From the NCBI GenBank assembly GCA_038078835.1, contig JBBTQI010000004.1, positions 3,352-67,351 of the forward strand: 64,000 nucleotides of DNA. The letters are read 5' to 3'. Position 1 is the first letter of the stretch. Each line of letters begins with the position of its first letter. A program made the translations under genes and the position numbers. Positions 1 through 9,400 of the stretch are shown piece by piece. Source of the DNA: Patescibacteria group bacterium. Lineage in GTDB: Bacteria > Patescibacteriota > UBA1384 > XYA2-FULL-43-10 > 1-14-0-10-43-13. Below the pieces are notes generated by a model that searched no databases, was not told the DNA's origin, and saw only the letters and a list, made by a program, of their open reading frames with translations.

Positions 1-210
1 GGCAAATTAATTAAAACAGCGATTACCAATGAGATGGGAAAATTCTCCATCTTCGTCGCTAGAGGCATTTACAAAGTTGTTGTTTCTAAAACCGGACATG
101 AAAAAAGGGAGATCGTTCCCTTTGTTGTGTTAGCGCGCAAAAAGGCTTTGGATCATGATATTGAGCTTAAAGCTTCCACTCCTTGGCAACCTCGCAATGA
201 CTATCAGTAG
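1..210 (+). CDS. 3' end of a CDS (C-terminal ~69 aa); carboxypeptidase-regulatory-like beta-sandwich domain (..GKFSIFVARGIYKVVVSKTGHEKREI..); stop TAG at 208-210
   Basis: Frame-1 translation of the window start is open to a stop at 208-210; motif resembles the CarbopepD_reg fold. Confidence 0.35.
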   Translation, partial: GKLIKTAITNEMGKFSIFVARGIYKVVVSKTGHEKREIVPFVVLARKKALDHDIELKASTPWQPRNDYQ

Positions 211-260
211 ATTTCTGTTTCCACAGGAATGACAGACGCGGGAAGTGTGTGGACGATTTG

Positions 261-812
261 CTACTCAAGACAACAATCGATGGCGCGTTTGACGAGAGAG
301 TTCAGTTTGCCAAAGACGCCGGATTTAGTGGAGTCCTCTTTGTCAATTTTTTTGTCATCGATCTTATTAATCTTATCGATATCGACGGCTTTTAAGTTGA
401 TGCCCCAGAAAAGCGAGTAGAGGTTATAAGCCTTATTAAAAAAATCTTCTGCTTCCTTTTTCTTGCCGCGTCCAAGCTCTTTGGTACCGACCTCCATTAG
501 TCTCATCGAAGCGGCTAAGAGATGTTTGGAAATGCACCAGACCTCACCATCATAATCCTTCACAATCCGTTTTAAGAGATCTTTGCGCATTTCGCGGACC
601 TCTTTCAACAGGTCGAAGTATTTGTCCTTACCGGTCTTCTTGGCGGTAAAAAAGAAGTGCTCCTCAATGGAGATAAGATTCATAATAGCAATGGAGAGGT
701 CTTCGTCGGCCGAGAGATCAAGCTTATTCTCTTTGCTAAAGTTTATTTTTTTAAGTAGTTCATCCGGGTTGGCGATCATGGGATTCCTAAAGTACCAAGT
801 TTCAATATTCAA
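261..812 (-). CDS. hypothetical protein (183 aa), K/E/D-rich, no recognisable domain
   Basis: Long ORF with coding-like composition and no competing ORF. Confidence 0.45.
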   Translation of the reverse strand: MNIETWYFRNPMIANPDELLKKINFSKENKLDLSADEDLSIAIMNLISIEEHFFFTAKKTGKDKYFDLLKEVREMRKDLLKRIVKDYDGEVWCISKHLLAASMRLMEVGTKELGRGKKKEAEDFFNKAYNLYSLFWGINLKAVDIDKINKIDDKKIDKEDSTKSGVFGKLNSLVKRAIDCCLE

Positions 813-899
813 TGTTCAGTTAATGTTCAAGTCTCAATTCCTCAATTGATAATTGGTTACTTGATACTTAATTGATTATTGATATTTGATCATTGAAAA

Positions 900-1535
900 T
901 TATTTTGTGATTAGATACGCGATCACGCTTAAGATTAACAATGTTCCAATCGGCATAACAATCTTCTGGAAGGGGAACCGGGCGCGGCCGCCATTTTTAG
1001 CTTTAATTTTTTCATACCATTTGACGGCAAAGACAAAGGAGATTGTACCGACGATGATGGCAAGAATCAGTTTGTCAATGCCAATATAAGTGTTGCCGAG
1101 ATATTTGTTGCCGGGGTGATTAACAAGGTCGGAGTAGTAGAGAGGAATGACAACCAAGCCGTAATAAAGCAAGGCAACCAGAATTTTTCTGCCCTTAAAT
1201 CTGATTTCTTTGGCGTTGAGCCAGCTAATCGTCCAGCCGGTGACGGAGGCGAGGGCGCCGCCTATCCAGAGCCCGGAGACAAGATCATCAATGCCCAGCC
1301 AGCGCGACAGCCCGACTCCGCCGATAGCAGCGGCGGTGCAGACGGGACAGATAGCAGACGCAGGAGCAGCAAATAAAAAGTTGAAAGTTAAAAGTAAAAA
1401 GAGACAAAAAAGATATATCAATGTTTTAGTCTGCCTTGCCGCCAGGCGGACACGTTTAAAGCCACCGCCAAAAGAACTTTTCGTTTTGACCGAAGGATGT
1501 TTGGGATGGTTTTTCATATCTCCGATTATATACAA
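900..1535 (-). CDS. hypothetical integral membrane protein (several hydrophobic helices); start uncertain
   Basis: ORF with multiple hydrophobic segments (LIYLFCLFLLLTFNFLF.., ILVALLYYGLVVIPL.., LILAIIVGTISFVFAV..). Confidence 0.4.
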   Translation of the reverse strand: MYIIGDMKNHPKHPSVKTKSSFGGGFKRVRLAARQTKTLIYLFCLFLLLTFNFLFAAPASAICPVCTAAAIGGVGLSRWLGIDDLVSGLWIGGALASVTGWTISWLNAKEIRFKGRKILVALLYYGLVVIPLYYSDLVNHPGNKYLGNTYIGIDKLILAIIVGTISFVFAVKWYEKIKAKNGGRARFPFQKIVMPIGTLLILSVIAYLITK

Positions 1536-1653
1536 AGGAGCGGTTTTTTGCTAGAATTAAAAAGAATTGCGGCTGGAAATATAGTCGGGAGTGACAAAAC
1601 TGGGCACATCTTGCCGTGTTTTGGCTTTCAAGTTGCAAGATATTGGTATATGA

Positions 1654-1743
1654 GGAGAGATGGCTGAGTGGCCGAAAGCGCCTCACTGCTAACGAGGTAG
1701 GGGAGCAATCCTCTCGTGGGTTCAAATCCCACTCTCTCCGCCA
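1654..1743 (+). tRNA. tRNA-Ser (anticodon GCU), long variable arm, encoded CCA
   Basis: GGAGAGATGGCTGAGTGG...GGTTCAAATCCCACTCTCTCCGCCA; acceptor 7 bp, anticodon loop CTGCTAA, long extra arm, T-loop GGTTCAAATCC. Confidence 0.85.
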
Positions 1744-1779
1744 TGTACCGCGGCAAAACCTTCGGTTTTGACCTGGTAC

Positions 1780-2016
1780 ATGGCGACGCCACCGTTTTAC
1801 TATGCATACGTTCTGCTTTCTCGAAAAGACAATCTATTTTATATTGGCTCAACATCCAACCTCAAAACAAGACTTAGACAACACGAAAAAGGTTGGGTTA
1901 ATGCGACAAAAGGAAGATTACCAATTGAGCTGATATTCTATGAGGCCTATCTTAATAAATTTGATGCTTTGCGCAGAGAGGATTATTTAAAATCAGCTAA
2001 GGGTAAACAGACTTAA
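1780..2016 (+). CDS. GIY-YIG nuclease superfamily protein (UPF0213-like small endonuclease); alternative TTG start at 1768
   Basis: ..PFYYAYVLLSRKDNLFYIGSTSNLKTRLRQHEKG...IELIFYEAY... matches the GIY-YIG small-protein family; lies immediately 3' of tRNA-Ser. Confidence 0.7.
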   Translation: MATPPFYYAYVLLSRKDNLFYIGSTSNLKTRLRQHEKGWVNATKGRLPIELIFYEAYLNKFDALRREDYLKSAKGKQT

Positions 2017-2058
2017 GAAATATGCTGAAAGAATATCTGGATAAATTAAGGAGGGAGG

Positions 2059-2559
2059 ATGGCAGAGACAAAGGAGAAAAACAAGACTAAGCCGATTGGC
2101 AGCCGGCCGGTTTTTTCCTGGGAGTCGCCCGAATATGTTCATTACACTAAAGGTGCAGGCTGGTTTGTTGCGGTAGGCGCGGTTGCATTGGCGATCGCCG
2201 GTTTGCTTTACTGGCAGGGATTGGCCAGCGGTGCCATTGTGGCGGTTGCCGCCGGGGCCGTTTTTATGATAATATCCAAAGTTAAACCTAAACCGCTTCG
2301 TCTGGCTGTCTATCCCGACGGAGTGGTGGTTGGCGACAGGGTTTATCGCTACGGCCAATTTAAGTCTTTTGGTATTATCCGCGGCGAGATTGCCAAAGCC
2401 AAGCTTGATCTGGTGGGGCGATTTTCCGGCGAGGTCGTGCTGCCCCTGAAAAATATTGATCCGGAGCAGATCCGGCTGTATCTCAAGAAGCATTTGCCCG
2501 AGAACGAAGATATTAACGAAGATTTATCCGACATCGTCAATCGTCTGTTTAAGTTTTAA
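2059..2559 (+). CDS. hypothetical membrane protein (two N-terminal TM helices, soluble C-terminal domain)
   Basis: ORF with RBS GGAGGGAGG upstream of ATG; hydrophobic GWFVAVGAVALAIAGLLYW / AIVAVAAGAVFMII. Confidence 0.55.
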   Translation: MAETKEKNKTKPIGSRPVFSWESPEYVHYTKGAGWFVAVGAVALAIAGLLYWQGLASGAIVAVAAGAVFMIISKVKPKPLRLAVYPDGVVVGDRVYRYGQFKSFGIIRGEIAKAKLDLVGRFSGEVVLPLKNIDPEQIRLYLKKHLPENEDINEDLSDIVNRLFKF

Positions 2560-2566
2560 TATCTAG

Positions 2567-2604
2567 GCCCCTATAGCTCAGTGGATAGACCTGCCTGTCA
2601 TAAT
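2567..2604 (+). other. tRNA-like 5' fragment (acceptor + D-arm-like: GGCCCCTATAGCTCAGTGGATAGA...) directly abutting the next tRNA; probable tRNA remnant or partial duplication
   Basis: Sequence matches the D-arm of the downstream tRNA (TAGCTCAATGGATAGAGC) but cannot be folded into a complete cloverleaf. Confidence 0.3.
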
Positions 2605-2680
2605 GCCCTGGTAGCTCAATGGATAGAGCATCGGCTTGCGGAGCCGGAGGTTGGCCGTTCGAATCGGCCCCAGGGTACCA
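2605..2680 (+). tRNA. tRNA-Arg (anticodon read as GCG; Arg-like D-loop with A20, C35), encoded CCA; G1-U72 wobble at the acceptor end
   Basis: GCCCTGGTAGCTCAATGGATAGAGCATCGGCTTGCGGAGCCGGAGGTTGGCCGTTCGAATCGGCCCCAGGGTACCA folds as a cloverleaf (7/4/5/5 bp stems, T-loop TTCGAAT). Confidence 0.6.
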
Positions 2681-2711
2681 TCAATTCTATGTTACTTTAA
2701 GGAACGTCTTT

Positions 2712-3980
2712 ATGGTCGAAAAAGAGATACTGGATAACGGTTTACGTGTTATACTTATTCCAAATCAAGCCACTAATGTCCTCTCGGCTATGGTGATGTT
2801 TGGGGTGGGCAGCCGCTATGAATCGGATGAGCTGGCGGGAATCTCTCATATTCTTGAGCATATGAGTTACAAGGGAACTTCGAGGCGGCCGACACCGATC
2901 GAGGTGGCCGAAGCAATCGAGTCTGTCGGCGGGGAGCATAACGCCTTTACCGGCAAGGAGTACACAGGCTACTATACCAAGGTTGCCCCGAGGCATCTGG
3001 AGACGGCACTTGATTTTCTATCGGACATCTTGCTCAATTCCAACTATCACGAATCGGATTTAGAGCGGGAAAAGGGCGTCATCATCGAAGAGGTGAATAT
3101 GTATGAGGATACGCCCATGGACCTTGTCGGTAATAAATTCGAGGAGGCCCTCTTTGGGGCCAATGCTCTCGGGCGCGATGTTATTGGCACCAAGGAAACT
3201 ATTTCGGCTGTTACCCGGGCCGATCTGGTCAGCTATCGACAATCGCATTACACCGGGCCTAACACGACGCTGGTTCTGGCCGGCAACTTCGGTTCTCGCA
3301 CTCCGGCTGATCTGATGAGGCTAATCACCAAGTACTTTGCTTTTGCCGGCAAGACATCAGTCGATCTGTCGCCACTGACCTTTGCAGAGAAGAAGTCCTC
3401 GAAGATTATCACAAAAAAAACGGAGCAGTCGCATCTCGTCCTCGGTTTTTACGGCGCCCCCTTTGCCCACCCCGATCTCTATAAGCTCAAACTTTTGGCT
3501 GTTATTCTGGGCGGCTCAATGAGTTCGCGTATGTTTATCGAAATCAGGGAGAAGCGCGGTTTGGCTTATGCGGTCAGGACAACGGCGAACGGTTATAGTG
3601 ATACGGGAACGATTGAGACCCAGATCGGCGTCCCGCACAATAAGGTGGCCGAGACTATTAAGGCCGTCTTGGCTGAGTACCGCAAGATCAAACAGGAGTC
3701 AGTTGGCGAGGCGGAACTCAAAAAGGCCAAGGAAATCGCTCTAGGGCGAATGCTTATCTCCTTTGAAGATTCGCTAAACCTGGCGATGCATTATGCTACA
3801 GGCGAGACGATTGCCCGAGAGGTCGTGACGCCGGAGGAGTTGGCTCGTCTCTTCGAAAAAATCTCCTCACGTGATATAATGGATACGGCCAAGAAGTATT
3901 TGCGGGATGACCGAATGGCCCTGGCCTATATTGGACCGTCTTTATCTCAAGTCGAGCTAGAACCGATATTTACACTATAA
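2712..3980 (+). CDS. M16-family zinc metallopeptidase (pitrilysin/insulinase-like), HxxEH motif (HILEH); the upstream part of ORF 2619 overlaps the tRNA, so start at 2712
   Basis: Inverted zinc-binding motif HILEHMSYKGT; M16 N- and C-domain-like sequence; ATG 2712 (MVEKEILDNG). Confidence 0.75.
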   Translation: MVEKEILDNGLRVILIPNQATNVLSAMVMFGVGSRYESDELAGISHILEHMSYKGTSRRPTPIEVAEAIESVGGEHNAFTGKEYTGYYTKVAPRHLETALDFLSDILLNSNYHESDLEREKGVIIEEVNMYEDTPMDLVGNKFEEALFGANALGRDVIGTKETISAVTRADLVSYRQSHYTGPNTTLVLAGNFGSRTPADLMRLITKYFAFAGKTSVDLSPLTFAEKKSSKIITKKTEQSHLVLGFYGAPFAHPDLYKLKLLAVILGGSMSSRMFIEIREKRGLAYAVRTTANGYSDTGTIETQIGVPHNKVAETIKAVLAEYRKIKQESVGEAELKKAKEIALGRMLISFEDSLNLAMHYATGETIAREVVTPEELARLFEKISSRDIMDTAKKYLRDDRMALAYIGPSLSQVELEPIFTL

Positions 3981-3999
3981 TTTGATTTAGGAGAGCATT

Positions 4000-4605
4000 A
4001 TGTCTAAGGATCGAATTCCAAGCGTTGTCCTGGAACGGACATTTGTTATGATCAAGCCCGATGGGGTTGAGCGGGGGCTGGTCGGCGAGATTGTCAAGCG
4101 GTTTGAGTCGAGAGGACTAAAGATTATCGCTCTAAAGATGGTCAAACCTTCAGTCGAACACATCGATCTGCACTATCCCAAAGACGAGAGTTGGATTGAG
4201 CGCTTGGGTGAAAAGGGTTTTAATGTTTTTGCCGAGTACGGCTTAGACCCCAAGGAGTATATGGGTACCGGCGACAAGAAAGAGGCGGGAAAAATGGTGC
4301 GGGACTGGCTGGTGCAGTATATTGCCGATGCGCCGGTTGTGGCAATGGTGATCCAGGGGATTCATGCCGTTGATATGGTGCGCAAGATCGTGGGTTCAAC
4401 GTTGCCCAATAAAGCAGATATTGGTACCATTAGAGGTGATTACTCTATTGATTCACCTGCCGCCGCGAATTTAAGCAAAAGAGCGGTGAAGAACCTGATC
4501 CATGCTTCTGAAAACGCCGCTGAGGCCAAAAATGAGATCTCGCACTGGTTCTCGCAGGAGGAGATCTATGATTACGAGCGTGCCGACCACCGCTCTATGT
4601 TTTAG
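4000..4605 (+). CDS. ndk: nucleoside diphosphate kinase with an ~45-aa internal insertion
   Basis: ERTFVMIKPDGVERGLVGEIVKRFESRGLKI.. is the canonical NDK N-terminus; RBS AGGAGAG upstream. Confidence 0.85.
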   Translation: MSKDRIPSVVLERTFVMIKPDGVERGLVGEIVKRFESRGLKIIALKMVKPSVEHIDLHYPKDESWIERLGEKGFNVFAEYGLDPKEYMGTGDKKEAGKMVRDWLVQYIADAPVVAMVIQGIHAVDMVRKIVGSTLPNKADIGTIRGDYSIDSPAAANLSKRAVKNLIHASENAAEAKNEISHWFSQEEIYDYERADHRSMF

Positions 4606-4762
4606 CTGTAGCTAAAACATAGAAAGTCCGAAATCTTAAATCCGAAGGTCGAAACAATAATTGAATGCTCAAAATGCAAACAACAGGTCTTTTTGGAAAT
4701 TTGAGATTTTGGTCATTTGAATTTGTTTAGGGTTTAGAGATTAGATATTCGGATTTTTAATT

Positions 4763-5893
4763 GTGTTTTACATCCTGCCCTTTATCTTTTCTTTCCTGAT
4801 ATCGGTCTTTCTGACGGGAGTTGCCCGGCGGCTCGGTTGCTATTTTGGCATTGTTTCGGTGCCCCGGCCGCGCGATGTGCACAAAGTGCCGGTGCCCCGA
4901 ATCGGCGGTTTGGCAATATTTACAACGTTTATTCTGGTTGCCCTGGTTTATTTTTTGTACGTCGTGCCGGAGTGGGCCTTTGCTACTGGAAAAATTTGGG
5001 GCATCGACTATAGGCTGGGAGGCATAGCTGTCGGCGGGTTGATATTGGTTGTGGCGATGCTGGTTGATGATGTCCGGGGTCTTGGAGTGCGGCAAAAGTT
5101 TCTCTTCCAGTTCTTGAGTGTGGTTGCCGTGATTGGAGGGGGTGTCGGTATCGATTTCCTTTCCAACCCCTTTGGGGGAGTGATTAATCTTAATTCAGTT
5201 TATCTTCCAATTATGACAGTTGGAGGTACAACCTACCACTTTTCTCTCTGGTCTGATCTGTTAACGCTAGTCTGGTTGGTTGGAATGATGAATGTGATGA
5301 ACTTTATTGACGGTGTCGACGGCTTGGCGGGAGGGATCTCTATTATTGCCGCCTTCACGGTTTTTCTTCTCTCGGTCAGCATTATGGTTAATCAGCCGGG
5401 GACGGCGCTGTTGGCTATTATTCTGGCCGGAGCAACGGCGGGCTTCCTGGTCTGGAACTTTCCCCCGGCTAAGATCTTTATGGGTGATACCGGCAGCATG
5501 TTTCTGGGTTATATGCTGGGAACCCTGGCCTTAATCTCGGGGGGGAAATTGGCCACCGCCTTTCTGGTAATGGGCTTTCCGATTATCGACGGCATTCTGG
5601 TGGCCGGAGCGCGAATCATTCGGAGGCAAAACCCCTTTACCACGCCGGATAAAACCCATCTCCATCATCGTTTTCTGCGGGCCGGTTTCACGCCGCGCCA
5701 GGCCATCCTTTCGCTTTATATGATCGCCGTCGCCTTCGGTTATATGGCTATTTTCTTCAAGACAATGGACAAGGTTTTTGCCGCTTTTGTTCTGGTGGTG
5801 CTGGTGGTGGTGCTGGCCAAATTCTTAAATTATCTGGCCAATAAGAGACTTCAGATACAGGGCGCGGAGGGCGGCGATTGGTGTAAAAAATAG
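4763..5893 (+). CDS. glycosyltransferase family 4 (MraY/WecA-like polyprenyl-phosphate sugar-1-phosphate transferase), GTG start
   Basis: Multi-TM protein with the NFIDGVDGLAGG and DDV.GL motifs typical of MraY/WecA. Confidence 0.75.
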   Translation: MFYILPFIFSFLISVFLTGVARRLGCYFGIVSVPRPRDVHKVPVPRIGGLAIFTTFILVALVYFLYVVPEWAFATGKIWGIDYRLGGIAVGGLILVVAMLVDDVRGLGVRQKFLFQFLSVVAVIGGGVGIDFLSNPFGGVINLNSVYLPIMTVGGTTYHFSLWSDLLTLVWLVGMMNVMNFIDGVDGLAGGISIIAAFTVFLLSVSIMVNQPGTALLAIILAGATAGFLVWNFPPAKIFMGDTGSMFLGYMLGTLALISGGKLATAFLVMGFPIIDGILVAGARIIRRQNPFTTPDKTHLHHRFLRAGFTPRQAILSLYMIAVAFGYMAIFFKTMDKVFAAFVLVVLVVVLAKFLNYLANKRLQIQGAEGGDWCKK

Positions 5894-5935
5894 CAAAAAA
5901 GTCGAAAGTTGAAAGTAAGGCTTGGGGGTCAAAAT

Positions 5936-6418
5936 ATGGAGAAAGAATATTCATTTAACGGACAGAGAGCGAGAGAGGGGGTAGTGGCGGTGATTAAGAA
6001 TCACCCCTACGTTCTCTTTTTGCCGGGACTCAAGGCGATTGTTCTCTGGCTTCTGGCCGCCGCCTTAATCTTTTCCTGGTCGAATGAGTACTCTGGTTTA
6101 TTTGCCTTTATTTTGTTTGTTGTGGGTTTAAGTTTTCTGGGGAGGTCTTACTTTGTCTATTCACAAAGCACTCTTTTGATTACCAACCAGCGGGTGATCA
6201 ATATCGGTCAAACCGGTTTTTGGGTGCGGCGCATCACCGAAACCGAGCTGGCCAACATCCAGGATGTTTCTTCTCACACCTCCGGCGTTTTTCGTACCAT
6301 GCTTAAATTCGGCGATCTCATTATTCGCACCTCCGGCGCTGCTCAAGGGAGTGAGATTATCGTCAAAAACATCCCCAATCCCTACGAAGTCCAGCAGGTT
6401 ATTGCGGGGATCAAGTAA
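5936..6418 (+). CDS. bacterial PH-domain (bPH_2/YdbT-like, DUF304) membrane protein
   Basis: Two TM helices followed by a ..LLITNQRVI...IQDV...G.L.F.. pattern of membrane-flanked PH domains. Confidence 0.55.
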   Translation: MEKEYSFNGQRAREGVVAVIKNHPYVLFLPGLKAIVLWLLAAALIFSWSNEYSGLFAFILFVVGLSFLGRSYFVYSQSTLLITNQRVINIGQTGFWVRRITETELANIQDVSSHTSGVFRTMLKFGDLIIRTSGAAQGSEIIVKNIPNPYEVQQVIAGIK

Positions 6419-6436
6419 TCCCGTTTTTGCAGGCTC

Positions 6437-9400
6437 TTAGACCACATTCTCTGTGCCGACAAGTTCTTTGAGTTGCTTTAGGACCACCGGAGTCGGGTGG
6501 GTTTTTTGTTTGATCTTAATTTCTTTGTAACTCGAATCGTTATTGGGAATTTTAAGAATAATGCCGGCCTCGCCCGGGTGCTTGGTGATGACATCCTTGA
6601 TATCAGCTAAGATCGACTTATCGCAACCGGCAGGCAAAATAATGGTTAGCGGTTGGCGGTTAACAGTTAGTAGTTGGGGATTTTCTGCTGAAGGCTCCGG
6701 ACTTGAGGCCGAAGGTCCAAAAGTCCGAGATTCTTGTTTTCTCTCTTGCCTTCGGCCTTCGGCCTTCGGCCTATTGCTAAAAGCTCTAGCCTTTTTGCTT
6801 CGCGGCTCGAAGGCCGGTATTGACTTGCCCTCAGAGAGCTCCCGGATCGTTTCGGCGAGGATTTTGGGAGCGCCGTCCTTAAATGAGACGTATCCGTCAA
6901 CAGCGATAATTTTGTCGGTTTGCCACGGCTCCGGATTTGCTTCAAGCACCTTGGGAAAAGCAAGAACCTCAACATTGCCGGAGAGATCCTCCATTCGGGC
7001 GAAGATCATATTCTGGTTTGAGCGCGTCATTATCTTTTGAATGGTGGTAATGATGCCGGAAACGCGGACAAACTCACCCTCAATCTCCTCTCGGATTTCA
7101 TTTAAGGATTTGTTCCGGTTTGGTTCAAGGAGGTGGCCGACACCGGAGAGGGGATGCTCGGAAACATACATTCCCAGAAGCTCGCGTTCCCAGGAGAGAC
7201 GCTGCTTGCGATCGGCCGGCTTAGTCGGCTCCAGATCGATATTGCTGATCTCGATCTCGTCTCCTTCGCCGAAAAGAGAGCTCTGGCCGGCCACCTTATT
7301 TTTCTGAAAGGTGCCGGCAAAGGAGAGAATCTTATCCATATTATAGAGAAGTTCGGCCCGCTCGCCGAGATCATCCAGCGCGCCGGCCATCACCAGGGAC
7401 TCGAGCGATTTTTTATTGATAACCTTGGGGCCCAGACGGGTAATAAAATTTTTGAGGTCGGGATAGATTCCCTCCCGCTTTCGCTCCTCGACGATTTCCT
7501 CGGCCACGGCCAGGCCGACATTTTTGATGGCGGAGAGGCCAAACCGGACATTACTCGTGTCTTTGACAACACCAAAGTCGACGAACGACTCATTGACCGA
7601 GGGGGGCAAGACTTGAATACCCATGCGCTTGCACTCTTCGATCTCCATCGCCAGCTTGTCCAGATCGTCCTTGTTTGAGGTCATAAGCGCGGACATATAC
7701 TCCGGCGGGTAATTCGACTTGAGATAAGCGGTTTGATAAGCCACAATGCCGTAGCTGGCGGCGTGGGCCTTGTTAAAACCGTAGCCGGCAAAGGTCTCGA
7801 TTTGTTGCCAGAGTTCAGTGGCAACGTGTTTCTCCATTCCGCGCTCGATGATCTGTTTAAAGAACTTCTCTTTCTGGGCGGCCATCTCGGAGACAATTTT
7901 TTTACCGATTGCTTTGCGGAACTTGTCAACCTCCTGCCAGTTGTAGCCGGCCAGCTCGATGGCGATCATTAAAACATCATCTTGATAGACGATGAGGCCG
8001 AGCGATTTATCGAGGATCTTCTCCATCCGCGGATCGGCATAGGTGATGCGAGAAGGATTGTGTTTTCTGGCAACGTATTCGGGGATGAAGGCCATTGGCC
8101 CGGGCCGGTAGAGCGCCACCATCGCCATAATATCGTGAATGGTTGTCGGACGAAGTTCCTTAATATGTTTGCGCATACCCTCGCTTTCCAGCTGGAAGAT
8201 GCCGATTGTTTCGCCGCGCGACAGAAGCTCAAAGGCCTTTTTGTCATCAAGAGGGATCTCGTCCAGTTTGATATCAAGATCATGGGTCTTTCTGATAATG
8301 CGCAAAGCATTTTTGATAATCGAGAGGTTGGCCAGGCCCAAAAAGTCCATCTTGATTAGTCCGACACCATCCTCGCCGACGGCATGCATTTCGTACTGCG
8401 TGATCAGCCGCTCGTTTTTGGTATCCATCATGACGGGAGTGAAGTTGGTAATCTCCTCCGGCGCAATGACAACGCCGGCGGCGTGAACCGAGGCGTGGCG
8501 GACGACACCCTCCAGCTTTTTGGCGATGTCAATACACTCCTTAACCTGGGCGTTGGCGGCATAGAGATCCCGCAGTTCGGCAATGTTCCTCAGAGCCTCC
8601 TTCAGGTTCTGACCAAAGGGAATCAGCTTGGCGATAGCATCAACCTCGGCATAGGTCATACCCAGAACCCGGCCGACATCGCGCACCGCCATACGGGCGG
8701 CCATCGTGCCAAAGGTGATGATCTGGGCGACGTGATCTTTGCCGTATTTGTCAGCAACGTATTGAATAATGGCATCACGGCCGGAGTCGGCAATGTCGGC
8801 ATCAATATCCGGCGCGGAGGGGCGGAAGGGGTTTAAGAACCGCTCAAAGGGGAGGTTGTAGTCAAGCGGGTTTAGCTGCTTGGGTGTGATGCCGAGAGCA
8901 TAGGAGACAAAACAGCCGGCGGCCGACCCTCTGGTGTTGGTGGGGATGCCGTTTTCCTTGGCCCAGTTAAAGAAGTCCTGGACAATAAGAAAATAACCGA
9001 GATATCCTTTTTGCTTAATAACATCAAGCTCGTACTCCAGTCTCTCCTTCATTTGCGGCGTAATCTCCCTAACTCTTTGGGGCAGTCTTTCCCCAATGAG
9101 TTTGCGGAGATAGGTCTCGTAGGTTTCGCCTTGGGGCAGGGGAAATTGGGGAAACTTAAACCTTCCCAGTTCCATTTTAAGATTACATTTTTCGGCGATC
9201 TCCAGGGTGTTGGTGATGGTCTCGGGATGGTCAGAAAAAGCGGCCATCATCTGTTCGGCGGTTTTTAGGGAGTAGTCATCATCCTTCATCGAGAGACGAT
9301 TCGTATCATTCATCGTCCGGCCGGTTTGGAGACAGACAAGAGCGTCTTGGGCGATGGCGTCATCGGGATTGACGTAGTGAGTGTCGCAGGTGGCGACGAC

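Noticed and set aside
1116-1554. Two plus-strand ORFs (86 and 114 aa)
   Set aside because: They are antisense to the membrane-protein ORF 900..1535, low-complexity Ala/Pro/Arg-rich, and have no RBS; judged spurious.
2619-2711. N-terminal extension of the M16 peptidase ORF (MDRASACGAGGW...)
   Set aside because: This stretch is the tRNA-Arg gene translated in frame; the real start is ATG 2712.
4757-5095. 112-aa minus-strand ORF
   Set aside because: Antisense to the well-supported MraY/WecA-like gene; spurious.
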